From: Zygnema circumcarinatum SAG 698-1b
Lineage: Eukaryota > Plantae > Zygnematophyceae
Assembly: GCA_037447605.1 (NCBI GenBank)
Contig: CM074819.1
Span: forward strand, 1 to 64,000
Length of the DNA stretch: 64,000 nt
Reading direction: 5' to 3'
Both the position numbers and the translations under genes were made by a program. Every line of letters starts with the position of its first letter. Position 1 is the first letter of the stretch. The notes beneath the pieces were generated by a model. It did no database searches. It was not told the origin of the DNA and worked only from the letters and a program-made list of their open reading frames with translations. This document shows positions 38,852-51,940 of the stretch, one piece after another.

Positions 38852-41800
38852 GCTATCTACCAGAGGATAGGATAGTGCTCATGTGAGGAGGAGAATCGAG
38901 CATAAGGGATTATGTAGATTTCCTAAAGAGCTTGTATTACACTCTTGAAGTTTAAGGAGTTTTATGGCCGTGGGCTTTCTCCTTATTACTGCATCATTTG
39001 TCATGTGAGTCCTCGTGTTGGATTGACGTGGTGGATGAGTGGAGGCGACCATTGTATGGGCGGTGTGTTGCTCCACACGAGGAGATCATTGGAGGAGCGT
39101 GGACTTGAGGAGCCGAGACCATGGAGGAGTTGAAGTGTTCTTGTAGGTGGCGCTTTTAGTTTCCGCTGTGCGCACCTGGCAAGGGGTGGATGGAAGGCAG
39201 ATCGCGGAGAAAGCGGTATGTGGCCCAAGTGGAAGATGAAGAAAGTTTTGAGCTTCATCCGGGCATGTATTTATTCCTTCCCTTGAAGTCTGCCCTCTGG
39301 CCCCTTGCACCAACAAGTGGTATCAGAGCTAAAGGTTGAAGTCTTGGAGCGTTTAGTGCTTAAGGTTCAGTCCTAGAGCTTATAGTTGTAATCCGAAAGA
39401 GTGCCAAGTGAGAGTGAGGGTCTTGGAGCATACTAGAGTGGGGGGTTTCAGATCCTTGAGAGTATGAGTTCCAAAGGGATAGATCCTTGACTAGAGAAAG
39501 AGCTGAAGGGTAGTTCTTTGGGGGAGCCAAATAGTTGGCTTAAAGGTACTCAAGAGGATAGCTATGGTCAAACTTCTGGTCACGCTTATGATTTCGTTTG
39601 TAGCAAGCAAGTTGCTGGAATACTCAGTTTGGAGTAGTCACAAGGAGAGGATGCGTTTGGAGTACTAGTCTTGACAGCTCGATGGACAGAGTGCGAAAGA
39701 AGGCTAGCTTAACGGCATTGATTTTGACGTTGTTTTGAGAGACTCGGCTCAAGGGAGTCAAGGTCTGGCGGCGTGGAGGTGGTGCATTGAGTTGCACACA
39801 CTCGAGGTGACCCAACTCAGCGGAGTTGGAGGTGGCAGCGTGAGAGACGCACAAGCAAGGGTGTCCTAACCCTTTGGAAGCTTGTATGCTTGGATATGTC
39901 GAAGGCGAAGTTGCTTCATCGAAGGATTCGAGGGGAGGACTTGACGGCACTTCGAGAAGTGGAGAGGGCTCCAGTGCCATATCGAGATTGCCATGGTATG
40001 TGGAGGGGAGGACCCCTCAAGCACGCTCTCGGGATTAGAGACTAGCTTTGGAGTTAGAGACTAACGAACTAGAATCTTCACATCGGTTGTGGGAAAGGCT
40101 AGGAGAGGTGTAGGGTGGCAAGGAGTGCCACGTAAGGAATTAGTTCACTTCAGATGCGTCTGGGGTGAAGGGGGCCCAAGATCTAGGATCTTAGGGGAGA
40201 AAGCTGCCCAGGAACCTTTGCTTGAATCCTGACTAGTCTGGTGGACAGAGCTAGTGGAATTGATAGTCACTAAGTCGTTAGTGAAGGACCACTAAGGAGG
40301 AGTTTAGGGAATTCCCCAAGGAGTAGTGGAGGAGATCAATTCGGAGGTAGGAAGGTCGCAACTTTCTACAAGGAGTCTACTTCACGGAGGAGTAGATGTA
40401 GCAAAGGAGAAGAATGGATAGAGTCAAGAGGCGTTGACAACCATTCAAGGAGGGGCAAGGCTGAAGTCGGACGAGGAGGATTCCACTCCAAGTTGACATG
40501 ATGAAGACAAGAGATTATGGGAAGTCCTTTGGAGATCACAATGCTAACGAACTTGCAGGAATGAGGGATCATTCGGATCCAAGGAGATCTCGGCATAGTG
40601 GCTCAGGTGTGTCCAGACGTGGACCTGATCTTTGTTCGAAGAGTTTGCTGGGAGTGCACGCCTAGTCTACTCGGGAACAAGGGATAGAATTTTCAGAGGA
40701 GGAGCCGAGTTGCTGATTTCAAGAGGAGGCAAGAGGAGCTGATGGATCTCGAAGGAGTAGTGGCGTAGAACTGTCTTAGAAGACAAGGTGGAGTTAGATG
40801 CAGATTGCTGTGAGATAGATCACATGCAGATGGAGACCCTCGTGATGGGATAGAGCGGAGTAGCTTGTACTTCTTCGAAAAGAAGAAGGTGCAGCGGTGG
40901 ACGCTGGCACGATAGCTTGTGGAGCTCGGCATCAAAGAACTCGGTCACCTAAGCTAGAAGAGCTTCAGGGTGCTTGCAAGGACTAGGATCTTGAGAGGTG
41001 CCTAGGTCCGGGAGTCACAAGAGGGAAGAGGCATCGACATGGAGCTGGCGTGGCTGCACTCATGAGGGGATGGCGCTCTAAAGCAAGGTACCGCAGCCTT
41101 GCTAACCTTTTGGTGATAGAGTTTTGGAGGGACAGGTTTCGGTTTTCCCTCAAAGGTAGAAGATAGTAAGACTCAGGTACATGGTTGGAGGAGGGTGCTT
41201 CTAGTGTAGCCCGAGAGACTCAATCATGCTTATCATTAGCGGAGGAGCAGCAAGACCATAGGCTGGAGATGCTGACTTCAGATGACTTCTGCCCGAAGTG
41301 GGAGAAATGAAGAAGATGCTATGATAGAGGAGGCTGAGCAGTCTTGAAACGTTGAAGCGAAGAACATGAAGATTCGAGGAGCTGCAAGTGATCATGGAGA
41401 TCAAGTGGCGGCAAGGAGCGCTTGGAGGCGCGGCTGGTGGCAACGGAATCAAGGGACGAGCAGAGTGTGGAGAATGTCATCATGATGATGGTGCAGTACA
41501 CTTCCCTTATTGGTATTCCTCAGAAAGTCACTAAGCTGGAGTGAGGTGTTTTTCAGATGCATAGGAAGGTGCGGAAATCACTCTTGGAGAATTTGACACG
41601 CAATGAAGAAAGTGTCAAGCAGGGTTTGTAGGACTCTGGTAGGGGAAGAGGAACATCCAGTTTGCTAGCTCATTGATGGAGTAAGTGAGTAGAAACAAGA
41701 CCCCAAAGGTGGAGTACAAGAGGAGGGTGCCAAGATGTCGAAGCCAGAGGTGGCTTTGGAGGACCAGTCCTTGTACAAGGAGGCTGTTTTGCTTAAGAGG

Positions 41801-43567
41801 GGGTAGTTAAGGTGTTCAGATTCGACCTTGGCAGATGGTGCTGAGGGGAGCTTGTCCATGGGGGACAAAGGTAGTTCATAGTTTGAGGTCCCAGGATCGT
41901 GTAGAGGAAGTTGTTGGTGAAGGGCACTTCATTTGGGTGGAGGCCTACAACAAGTGGCGAGAGTACCACGTGGAGGATTCGAAGGACAGCTATGAAGGAC
42001 CTCATGTTTATGAGGGGGTGAGCGGCAATGGAGAAGACGACTTTATGGATATGTGTCAATTGCGCTCAAGGAAGTTCTGATGTGCAATCGATGCACATGC
42101 GGAGTGAAGACCATCTCTTGGAGGAGGTGGCCCGGGGGAGAGTGCAATGGCTATTGCATTCACCGTGGAATCAATCAAGGGATTGATGTGCAAGTGGCAA
42201 GGTATGCCTAAGTTAGTGTTGCTAAGCTTAGGGTGCAATGTTAGTATAGCTTGCAAGGAACTTACGTACCAAGAGGGGGATTGTTGATGTATGAGGTACA
42301 TCAAGTTGTTGGTACTTAGTTCCTAGCATGAATGTTGTCGGGGACATCAATGTTTTGGTGTAGGGACAATGTCATGCATGAGTGATTCGGTAAAGGACCG
42401 AACATGGGTGGTGCCCGTATCCTTAGGGCACGNNNNNNNNNNGATGACGGAGTGCGCTGATTGGTCGCGGCGCGAGTGCGGAGTACGGAGCGCGCGACAC
42501 ATGGCACAACTAGAAGACTTTTGAGGCGGTGCGCGAAGCGGCGGAGTGAAGCGTCAGTGGAGGCGCTTCAGGAAGTCAGTGACGAATCACGCCACGCCAC
42601 GTGGACCACTCGGTAGTGGGTCGGCGGGTCTGAGCGTACGGAAGAAAGGTCGGCTGCCGGAAAAGTGAGAAGGGACCAAAAAGGGGACCCGCCGCTTGGT
42701 GAATCTGTACGGCTGGGCAAAGCGTAGGTCGGTGCCACTATAGGTTTACGGGACCACTATCGTAGGTCGCTAATTGGGTGCGCCGCTTTGCCGGATGCAA
42801 GGGCCGGCCGTGACGTGACAACTTGTGTCACGTCACATCGCCATGGTTGTTCAAAAGGGAGCAAGCTTCACTCGCTCAACTCACTCTCTCTGAATGTTAT
42901 GCTGCTCAACCTTCGTGTTAGGAAGAGTAGGCAGAGGCTGAGGCCTAGAGGAGTCCGGCCTTGTGTATGAAGGTCGTGAAAGGAACTAGCTCTCATCATG
43001 CTAAGCTTTAGTGAAAGAGTTAGATGGTGTGTCCCTCATGTGTTGAGGTAGAGGAGGAGTTCATGGAGGCAGTTAGTGCTTGGCTACTGCAGTTGAGGTG
43101 TAAGCTATCTACCAGAGGATAGGATAGTGCTCATGTGAGGAGGAGAATCGAGCATAAGGGATTATGTAGATTTCCTAAAGAGCTTGTATTACACTCTTGA
43201 AGTTTAAGGAGTTTTATGGCCGTGGGCTTTCTCCTTATTACTGCATCATTTGTCATGTGAGTCCTCGTGTTGGATTGACGTGGTGGATGAGTGGAGGCGA
43301 CCATTGTATGGGCGGTGTGTTGCTCCACACGAGGAGATCATTGGAGGAGCGTGGACTTGAGGAGCCGAGACCATGGAGGAGTTGAAGTGTTCTTGTAGGT
43401 GGCGCTTTTAGTTTCCGTTGTGCGCACCTGGCAAGGGGTGGATGGAAGGCAGATCGCGGAGAAAGCGGTATGTGGCCCAAGTGGAAGATGAAGAAAGTTT
43501 TGAGCTTCATCCGGGCATGTATTTATTCCTTCCCTTGAAGTCTGCCCTCTGGCCCCTTGCACCAACA
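38852..43567 (+). mobile_element. Non-autonomous copia derivative (LARD-like), family C
   Basis: 5' LTR remnant 38852-39315; PBS AGTGGTATCAGAGC at 39316; ~2.97-kb internal region without a sense ORF; PPT AAGAGGGGGA at 42271; 3' LTR 42282-43567. Confidence 0.85.
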
Positions 43568-45342
43568 GGAACCTGATGGTCATGGTGACCACTCGGCGGG
43601 CCGGAGGTGACCCGGGGCCCTCAGGGCCGCCACCTCCACCACCCGTCCCACGGGACGAGGTGATGGAGGAGAACTCGGAGACTGCGGCCGTCCCCATGGA
43701 GGGGCCCAATCCCGAGCCCACGGATGATCCAGGTCATCCGAAGAATCCTGCCCCTCCTCTCGCGCCACCGGAGCCGTTGGCTCCGGCAGAATCCGCCGAT
43801 CCCATGATCGGGGCCCACATCACGGTGGGCGCGTCCTTGAAGATGAGGAAGAGGATCGATGATCTGGGGAAGGATGTAACGCAGCAGCGCGTCTCCACCA
43901 TGGCTTGTTCGAGGAAGGTGGATGACATGGAGCTCACGGTCCGCCGCCTGGTGGACACGCTCCAAATGGAGTTCCGGGGCCTTGCGGACAGGCTCCGGAG
44001 GATCGAGGAAGGTATGCCCCGAACCCCTCCTCAGGCTGTAGAGGCAGTAGATGCAGCAGGTCCTGGGGAAGGGGTTAGGCATACCACTCCGGTAGCGTCG
44101 TCTTTCCCGACGCCCCAACCGGCTGCCGGAAGCAGCCGGCAGAAGTCCGCACCCCCCGGCTTTTCCACGGGGGGGAGTCATCCCCACGGGGGTGGCGAAC
44201 CACCCAGCAGTGGGGGACCCCCTTTGGGGGCAGCTGCTGGGGGCGGAGGAGATCCCAGTCCTCGGACTGCTCCTCCGCAACCTACTGAGGATGCCCGACG
44301 GAATCGGGCCAAGGTGGCCCCGCTTTCCTTTTGGGGCGAACATCCTAACACGGACTGCTCGATTGAGCAGTGGTTGGGTCAAACGAAGGGTTACCTTCTC
44401 GCGACCAACCGTCCCCCCCTCTAGTGGGTAAGCTTTGCTTACCCAGCACTCAGAGGAGCCGCATACCGTGTGTATGAGGGCCTCTCTGATGAGATTGGGG
44501 ACGATTGGGATAAGTTCAGAGATGAACTTATCAAACACTTTGGGGCCCTGGATCCCGGCTTGGAGGCCCGGGATAAATTTCAGAACATGGTCCAAACCGG
44601 CAATGTCAAGCAGTTTCTGCGAGACGTGCGACAGGTGGTGCCACAAATCACCACCCACAAGCCTGGTCAGGCTGAGTTCTTTTTCCACTTCAGGAATGGC
44701 CTCAAACCACACCTGAGGAAGCAGCTCAGGACCAACCCACGGACTCTGAAACCGTGGGACCCCGCTGACTCTGAGCTGTACTTTGATGCAGCCATTCAGT
44801 TGGACACCGCCTGTAGCGAAACGCTACAGCCACCGGGGCGCTACACGCACCGCGGGGATCTCCGTACGGTTTGTCCGTACCGCCTGTCAGTCCGGTCAGA
44901 GACCGGACTGCCGGGGGACCGACATACTAGGACCGCGCGCGTACGGACGCGCGCCGCCTTTCGGCTTGGCGCCGTATGTCGATGGCGTGTATGCGCGCTA
45001 TCGCGCGTGCATTATCGCGGCGTCGTATATCGCGGCGCCCGAACCTCGCTGACGGCTTTGAGCGGCTGACATATATTCCGTGGCGATCGCCCGCAGGCCT
45101 ACCAGCGTCACCAGCCAGTGGTGGGCCCACACTTTCGGTCCCTCATCTTTGGTAGAGGTTCGGCCGGGGAAAGCGTATAGGAAGCGGCGAATGCGCGGCA
45201 TTCAACCGGGAAACGACTTTTCTCTCTCTCTCTCTCTACGCCTCACGCCTCCTTGCTGACCCGCCAGGCCGGTACCCGGACTCCCATTACATTGGTATCA
45301 GAGCCATTTTTCTTGATCCTGCGATTGCTCACCACTCCCACC

Positions 45343-46920
45343 ATGGTCACCACGCGCGCACGGGGAGCTGGGGAGCCGGCACCGTCGGATACACCGCCGA
45401 TTCCCCTTCCTCCTCCACCTCCCCCACCGGTGCCCGCTGACCTTACCGTGGGCGAGGCCTCGGGGGAGCATGTGCCACCGGCCGGGGCTCCGGTCACCGC
45501 GACCTCGGCCGCGCGAGCCCCGCCGGCGGAACCGAATCGCTGGGAGGGCCACCCGGAGAATCCCCCTCGGCACGAGGACTTTGGCCGCCCGTTGACACTG
45601 GCGGATCTGACTCCCGTGACTGAAGAGCGGAACGACCTTCTCCTGCGTTCGGCCGCTCACGATGAGCGGGCCGACCGCCTGGAACGGCAGATCGCCTCCT
45701 TGGAGCTCCTCCTACGCCGGTCCACCGACGAGAACCGACGCCTTCAGGAGGACTTCAGAGACGACTACCGCCGGGACCTCGCGGAGGTCCGGGCGGGACA
45801 TCGGGAGACAAGAGGTCAGCCCCTCCGCACCCAGAGTGAGCCTGGTCCTCCTCCGGGGGGTCCACTTGGGGGTGCCACCTCTGTGAACTCGTTGCCGGTG
45901 GTACCTCCCCCTCCCCTCCCGGCCGGCCCACCTCCAGGTGTACCGGACGGCGACCCACCTGCCCCACGGGCAGGGGCTCCTGCGATATCCGATGGGGTCA
46001 TCCTCCCCGTTGTGGGGGATACCCCACCCGATACACCTGCGGGTGGGACGGGCCCGGTGGCCTTGACCCCGCAGGCAATGGCACCACCCCCTGACTGGGG
46101 TTTGCGCAACCGCGCCAAGGTCCCACCCATCTCATTGTGGGGTGAGCGACCAGCTACCGACTGCCCGTTTGAGCAGTGGGTCAGCCAGACCGAGGGTTAC
46201 CTTTACGCGACCCGCTGTCCACCGGAGGAGTGGGTGAACTATGCGTACCCCTCTCTCCGTGGACAGGCTTTCCGCGTGTTCACCAACCTTCGGGCCAGTA
46301 TCAATGGCAGTTGGGCTCGGTTTGAAACCGAGATGAACAAGCACTTTGGCGTGCTCGACCCCAGCTTGGAGGGTCGCCGGAAGTACGCCACTTTGGCGCA
46401 GACAGGCAGCGTGCTTCAGTTCCTCCGCGACTGCCGAGACACGGTGTCCACGATTACTCGTGACACCCCCTCCGAGGTTGAACAGTTCTACAGGTTCTCC
46501 ATGGGGTTGAAACCTCACATTGCTAACCAACTGTTGCTCAACCCCGCTACTTCTAAGCCCTGGGTGGCTGCGGACGCAGATCTGTTTTATGCGGCCGCTG
46601 TGAACGCGGACGCGCGGGCCGTAGCGGCAGACCCTTGGCGTGGGACTTGGTCCCCTGTACCTTCTGACTCCAACTCGCCTCGGCGAGAGACCCCACCCTT
46701 TCGTGCCCCGCGTGGGGGCGGGAGGGGGCCAAAGCGTCCTGGGGATGCACCAGCTCAGCCCTTGGCGGCGAAAGTTCCCAAGTTGACGTCCCAAGAAGCG
46801 GACAGGCTCAAGAAGGAGGGCCGATGTTACCGTTGCCGACAGGCGGGACATCTGGCTCGTGACTGTCCTAAGGGCCAGCAAGCTCCTGGCCCGGAAAACG
46901 GACCTCCACCTGCAGTCTAG
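45343..46920 (+). CDS. gag: Chromovirus G Gag (Pro-rich N-terminus, capsid, CCHC knuckle)
   Basis: First ATG after the PBS; QTGSVLQF capsid motif; CYRCRQAGHLARDC. Confidence 0.9.
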   Translation: MVTTRARGAGEPAPSDTPPIPLPPPPPPPVPADLTVGEASGEHVPPAGAPVTATSAARAPPAEPNRWEGHPENPPRHEDFGRPLTLADLTPVTEERNDLLLRSAAHDERADRLERQIASLELLLRRSTDENRRLQEDFRDDYRRDLAEVRAGHRETRGQPLRTQSEPGPPPGGPLGGATSVNSLPVVPPPPLPAGPPPGVPDGDPPAPRAGAPAISDGVILPVVGDTPPDTPAGGTGPVALTPQAMAPPPDWGLRNRAKVPPISLWGERPATDCPFEQWVSQTEGYLYATRCPPEEWVNYAYPSLRGQAFRVFTNLRASINGSWARFETEMNKHFGVLDPSLEGRRKYATLAQTGSVLQFLRDCRDTVSTITRDTPSEVEQFYRFSMGLKPHIANQLLLNPATSKPWVAADADLFYAAAVNADARAVAADPWRGTWSPVPSDSNSPRRETPPFRAPRGGGRGPKRPGDAPAQPLAAKVPKLTSQEADRLKKEGRCYRCRQAGHLARDCPKGQQAPGPENGPPPAV

Positions 46921-46936
46921 AGGTTGTTGCAGGTGG
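46893..46936 (+). promoter_or_regulatory. Putative -1 ribosomal frameshift signal (G)
   Basis: G GAA AAC, 6-nt spacer, stem CCACCTGCA / TGCAGGTGG; pol is in the -1 frame and open from 46872. Confidence 0.7.
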
Positions 46937-49900
46937 TAGTGGTTGGGGGGGGAGATTGGTTGTTGGAGCTGCCAGGCGTAGGGATTTTGTTGTACCCTTT
47001 TCCAGTGATTTAGTAAATATTATGGGCCGGCAGCCCCTTGAGTCAGATATTTTTGTTTTGCATTGCCCGGGATATCTGAATGACTCGTTGTTCTCCCTCT
47101 CCACCCGAATGACCTCTCTTGAGTTTTCTGTTGCGCAATGGAATGAACCTGCTGAAATCTGGATTCTGAACCCTACCGGAACTCCCGATCTGTTTGAGAG
47201 TGTCCTTGATGCCTTTCGGCGGGGACGCACTACAATGTTGGTGTCGGCTGTGCACATCTTACTTCCGCAGCACGTCCCCATCACTTGTTTCGGCCACGCC
47301 CATTGGAGGGTGGTCCGGCTTTGGCGTAAGGGTCACCCGTTGGTGTGCTGGGACGCCTCCGGCCACGGCGCTTCTTGCACGCTTCCGTTCCCGCTCATTT
47401 GGCGCACGGCGCGTCCTGATGCGTTGGTTGTCCTCAGGTCCATGTTTCAGCGATCCCACCGTGCCATGACCTTTTCTGGGGTTGTGGAAGGTCGACCTGT
47501 CATCGCCTTGTTCGATTCCGGCGCTGACGACAATTTCCTGAACTCTTCGTTTGTTAAGATGACCTCCCTTGTCCTTGCAGACCGCTCCGATACAGTCACG
47601 TTCGGCGATGGTCGTAAAGGGCAGATCCTCGGTTGTGTGACTACCCGATTGCGAATTCAATCTTTTTCCGGGCAGATTCGGTGCTTGGTCACAATTCTGA
47701 CTCCTGGCATTGACTTGATTTTAGGCAGTTATTGGTTGCAGTCAGTCCGGGCCACGATGGATTTTGCAGTTCCGACCTGCGTGGTTCGAAGTGGCCCTCG
47801 GCGGGTCACCTTACTACCGGGTATGCCCACGGTTGTCCCCCCCCTCCATCCCGATGCGGCGCACTTGTGCTCCGCCATGCAGGTGGCGAAAGCCGTGAAG
47901 ACGGGTTGTGTCCTTTTTATGTGCACCTCGTCGATGAGATCGAGTCTGTCTATGACGGCGACCAGGAATGGTTACCTACTGCCTCAGAGTCGTTACCACC
48001 CGTGCCACTGGCGATCCAATCTTTGCTTACCGAATTTCAGGACATTTTCCCAGAGGACCTCCCCTCAGGGCTGCCGCCTGCGCGTGGCGTGGGGCATACT
48101 ATTCCCCTTGAGCCTGAGCAGAAACCACCTTGGCGGCCAATCTATCGATTGAGCCCAAAGGAGACCGAGGAAATGCGGAAGCAGCTGGCTAATCTGCGCT
48201 CCAAAGGCTGGATTGAGCCCAGTCAGAGCCCTTTTGGGGCCCCTATCCTCTTTGTGGGAAAGAAAGACGGGTCCTTGCGAATGTGCATTGACTATCGGGC
48301 CCTTAATAAAATCACGATCAAAAATCGTTATGCTTTACCTCGAATAGATGATTTGTTGGACCGGTTGCATGGGGCGCGCATTTTCACGTTGCTCGATCTG
48401 GCCCAGGGCTACCACCAGATCCGGGTCACGGATGCTGACGTACCAAAGACTGCGTTTCGTACGCCTATTGGTCATTTCCAATACAAGGTCCTGCCTTTTG
48501 GGTTGACAAATGCACCGGCCACCTTTCAGTCTGTGATGAACGAGATGTTCACCGACATGGACGATTACGTCTTGGTCTACCTCGATGACATTCTGGTTTT
48601 CAGCAAAACAGAACAGGACCACTTGACCCACGTTCGCAATGTGTTGTCGGTCTTACGCCAGCACACATTTTATGCAAAACGCAAGAAATGTCAATTTATG
48701 CAGCGCGAGCTGCTCTACCTTGGACATATCCTTGGAGAGAACGGCCTCAAGCCTGACCCGGGCAAGATTGCGGCGGTTGACACTTGGGCTGTTCCTAAGG
48801 ATCTGCATCAGTTGCGTTCCTTCTTGGGCTTTGCGAATTATTTTCGTAAATTCATCCAAGGATTTAGCAAGCTAGTTACTCCACTTACAGATCTAACAAA
48901 GTCTGGAGTTCGCTACACCTGGACAGATGCATGTCAGGTGGCGTTTGAGGGGACCAAACACGCCCTCATCACCGCACCTACGTTGGTGTTGGCAGACCCT
49001 ACCAAACCCTATGAGGTGGTTTGCGATGCGTCGGGGTTCGCACTTGGCGCTGTCCTGTTTCAGGAGGGCCAACCACTGGCTTATGAAAGCCGAAAAATGA
49101 ACCCGGCTGAACGGAATTACTCGGCAACCGAGCAGGAACTGCTCGCAGTTGTTCACGCCTTGAGGACATGGCGTTGCTATTTGGAGGGGGCGGAAGCCGT
49201 CACGCTGGTCACAGACCACCGGCCCTTGACCTTCCTCTCCTCCCAACAAACACTATCTAGGCGGCAGGCCCGTTGGTCCGAGTTCCTCCAGAGATTTGAC
49301 TGCCAATGGGTATATCGGCCAGGAAGGTTGAATGTTGCCGATCCGTTGAGCAGACAGTCCAGTCATCTTGCCTGGATGGTGCGCTCGTCGACCCGAGTGT
49401 TGGAGGAACAAAGCGGTCGAGAAGGTGGGCCGGCCAACTCACCTTCTCCCTTCCCAACGTGTTTAGCCATGGATACCCCAACCAGCGCCACGGTCGACCC
49501 CCCTACCCTCTCTGATCTTAGACAGATGATTCGGGAGGGTTATGCTGGTGATCCTATGTTCTTGGACGGCCAGGGTAGTGGCTATAAGGACAAAGTGCTG
49601 CGCTCCACAGACGGGTTTTGGTACCGCGACAAGCAATTAGTCGTCCCCAAGTGTGGGACTGTACGGCAGCTCATTCTAAGTGAGATGCACGATCCTCCTT
49701 ACAAGGGCCACATGGGTGTTGCCAAGACCTCCGAGGCAGTACTCCGTGAGTTCTGGTGGCCGGGACTCACGACGGATGTATCGGCATATGTGCTCGCCTG
49801 TCCAACCTGTCAACGTGATAAGCCCCGCACTGGCAGAATTCCTGGCCAGCTTCAACCACTCACTCCCCCTTTTCGTAAGTGGGAGAGCATCGGTATGGAT

Positions 49901-51050
49901 CTGATCACAGATTTACCAGAAACCCCACGGGGTCACGATGCTGTTATGGTGTTTGTCGACCGTCTCAGCAAGATGGTGCACTTTGCACCGACTCGGAAGT
50001 CCGCTGGGGCGGAAGAGGTGGCGCGTCTCTACGTTGACAAGGTGTGGAGCTTGCATGGTTTTCAGTCCACTATTGTTTCTAACAGAGATCCCCGATTTAC
50101 TGGTCATTTTTGGACTGCAATTCTGAAAATCGTGGGCACCAAGCAAGCGCTCAGCACAGCTTTTCATCCGCAAACTGACGGCCAGACGGAGAGGGTCAAC
50201 CGCATTGTGGAGGATTTCCTGCGGCATTACGTGGGACCCACGCCGGATGAGTGGGATACATTGCTCCCATTGGCCGAATACGCCATCAACAATGCTCATC
50301 AGGAATCAATCGGTACGACCCCCTTTTTTCTGAATTATGGTCAGCATCCTCTAAATCCCCTGCAGCCAAGGGATCAGCAACCGTCCTCGTGGAATGCAGG
50401 CATCCACCGGGACGATGGCCCTTGGGGCTTGAGAGGAGCTGGGGGGGATCACCCACCCGCCGTTAGATCTTTTGTTCGACTCATGTCCGAAGCTGTGCAG
50501 CGTGCAAGGCAGGCACTGCTGGCAGCACAGTCCCGACAGAAGGTCTATGCTGATCGCAAACGGACTCAACTCACGTTCCAGCCTGGGGCGGACGTGCTGT
50601 TGAGTACCGCGAACCTGAGACTGAAGGCTTACGGGGGAACCCGTAAGTTATGGCCACGGTTCATCGGGCCATTCAAGGTCTTGAGCCGCATCGGCGAAGT
50701 CGCTTACAAGCTGGCTTTACCGGCTCACATGAAGATACATCCGGTGTTTCATGTGAGTCTGCTAAAGCGCTACTTGAGTGACGGGAGGATCCAGCCACCT
50801 CCACCCCCAGTGGATATTGAAGGCGACCTCGAGTACGAGGTCGAGTCCATTCAAACCCACCGAACTGTGAAAAGGGGTCAGTCCTCCCGTCACGAATATC
50901 TCGTGAAGTGGCTGGGCTATGGGGTTGAACATAGCACGTGGGAGAAAGAAAGCAATTTGACCCATTGCCATGAGCCCAAATTTATATTGGGAGGCGCAGT
51001 TGCCAGGAGCCGGGCACGGATCGCGATCGGGTGTCCTCGCAAATCAAGGC
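46893..51050 (+). CDS. pol: Chromovirus G Pol: extra domain, PR, RT, RNase H, IN, chromodomain (1-nt indels at ~47915 and ~50975)
   Basis: ORFs 46956-48152 (LFDSGA) and 47732-51163 (YLDD, CDASG, HHCC, GPF, chromodomain). End coordinate approximate. Confidence 0.88.
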
Positions 51051-51940
51051 CAAGAACTGAAAAAGCGGACTTATCTGGTTGTAGCCGAAGCCCTCCTCGG
51101 ACCAGACGCAGAACTGGCTGCCAGCGGCCGCTTTTGTCTTTAGGTTCTCCCCCGCGACGGTGACGTCACTTTATCTTTGGGGAGCAATGGAAGCGAACGC
51201 TACAGCCCACGGGCTTACACGCATCAGCGGGATCTCCAGACGGCCATTCCCCATTGCCACAACGTCAGAGACGCATCACGGGACCGACATACAGACCGCT
51301 GCGACGGACGCTGGCTTTCTACAGCGCCGCTGGTGTTCTGGCTGCTGGTCGATATGCGCTAGCGCCGTGATGCGCTGGCCGTATAGCGACGACGCCAACC
51401 TCGGGCATGACGCTGGCCGAAATATAGAGACCCATCGCGGGCGATCCGCCACGGCTACACCAGCCACGCGGCGTCTCGCCAGTGGTGGGCCCTGCTTCCG
51501 GTCCCTCATGCTGGTAGAGGGTTCGACGGGGGAAGCGTATAGGGGCGGGGGCGAATGCAACGGCATTCAACCCGGAAACCGGCTTTTCTCTCTCTCTCTC
51601 TCTACCCCTCACGCCTCCTTGCTGACCCGCCAGGCCGGTACCCGGACTCCCATTACACCGCCCCTGCAGGCGATGCAGGCCCTTCCCGACCCCAGCAGAG
51701 GTCGGGGGATGCGACAGGGTCGTGGAAGGCGGGACCCTCTGCTCCTGCCAAATCGGCAGGAAAGAACAAGCGGAAGCAGCCGGAAACGACTGCCCGCCCA
51801 GCCCCTGCACGGCCACAGCAGTTGACTCCAGAGGAAATGGAGAAGATGCAGCGGGAGAACAAGTGTTTCCGCTGCCGCAAGGAGGGGCACAAGGCCCGGG
51901 ATTGCCCTTTGAACGCCAAGGACAAGAAGGGCAAGGGGCC

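Larger units (their letters stand above)
44812..51657 (+). mobile_element. Full-length, near-intact Ty3/gypsy chromovirus G (LTRs 44812-45291 and ~51188-51657)
   Basis: Perfect TSD CCGCC (44807-44811 / 51658-51662); PBS TTGGTATCAGAGCC at 45292; PPT GGGGAGCAA before 51188. Confidence 0.95.

Noticed and set aside
43621-46881. Long antisense ORFs over gag (363 aa and 249 aa)
   Set aside because: Expected shadow ORFs in GC-rich coding sequence; not conserved between lineages.
47905-47925. Second programmed frameshift in G pol
   Set aside because: One T is missing from a homopolymer, and H and J read through in frame. Likely an error or a private mutation.
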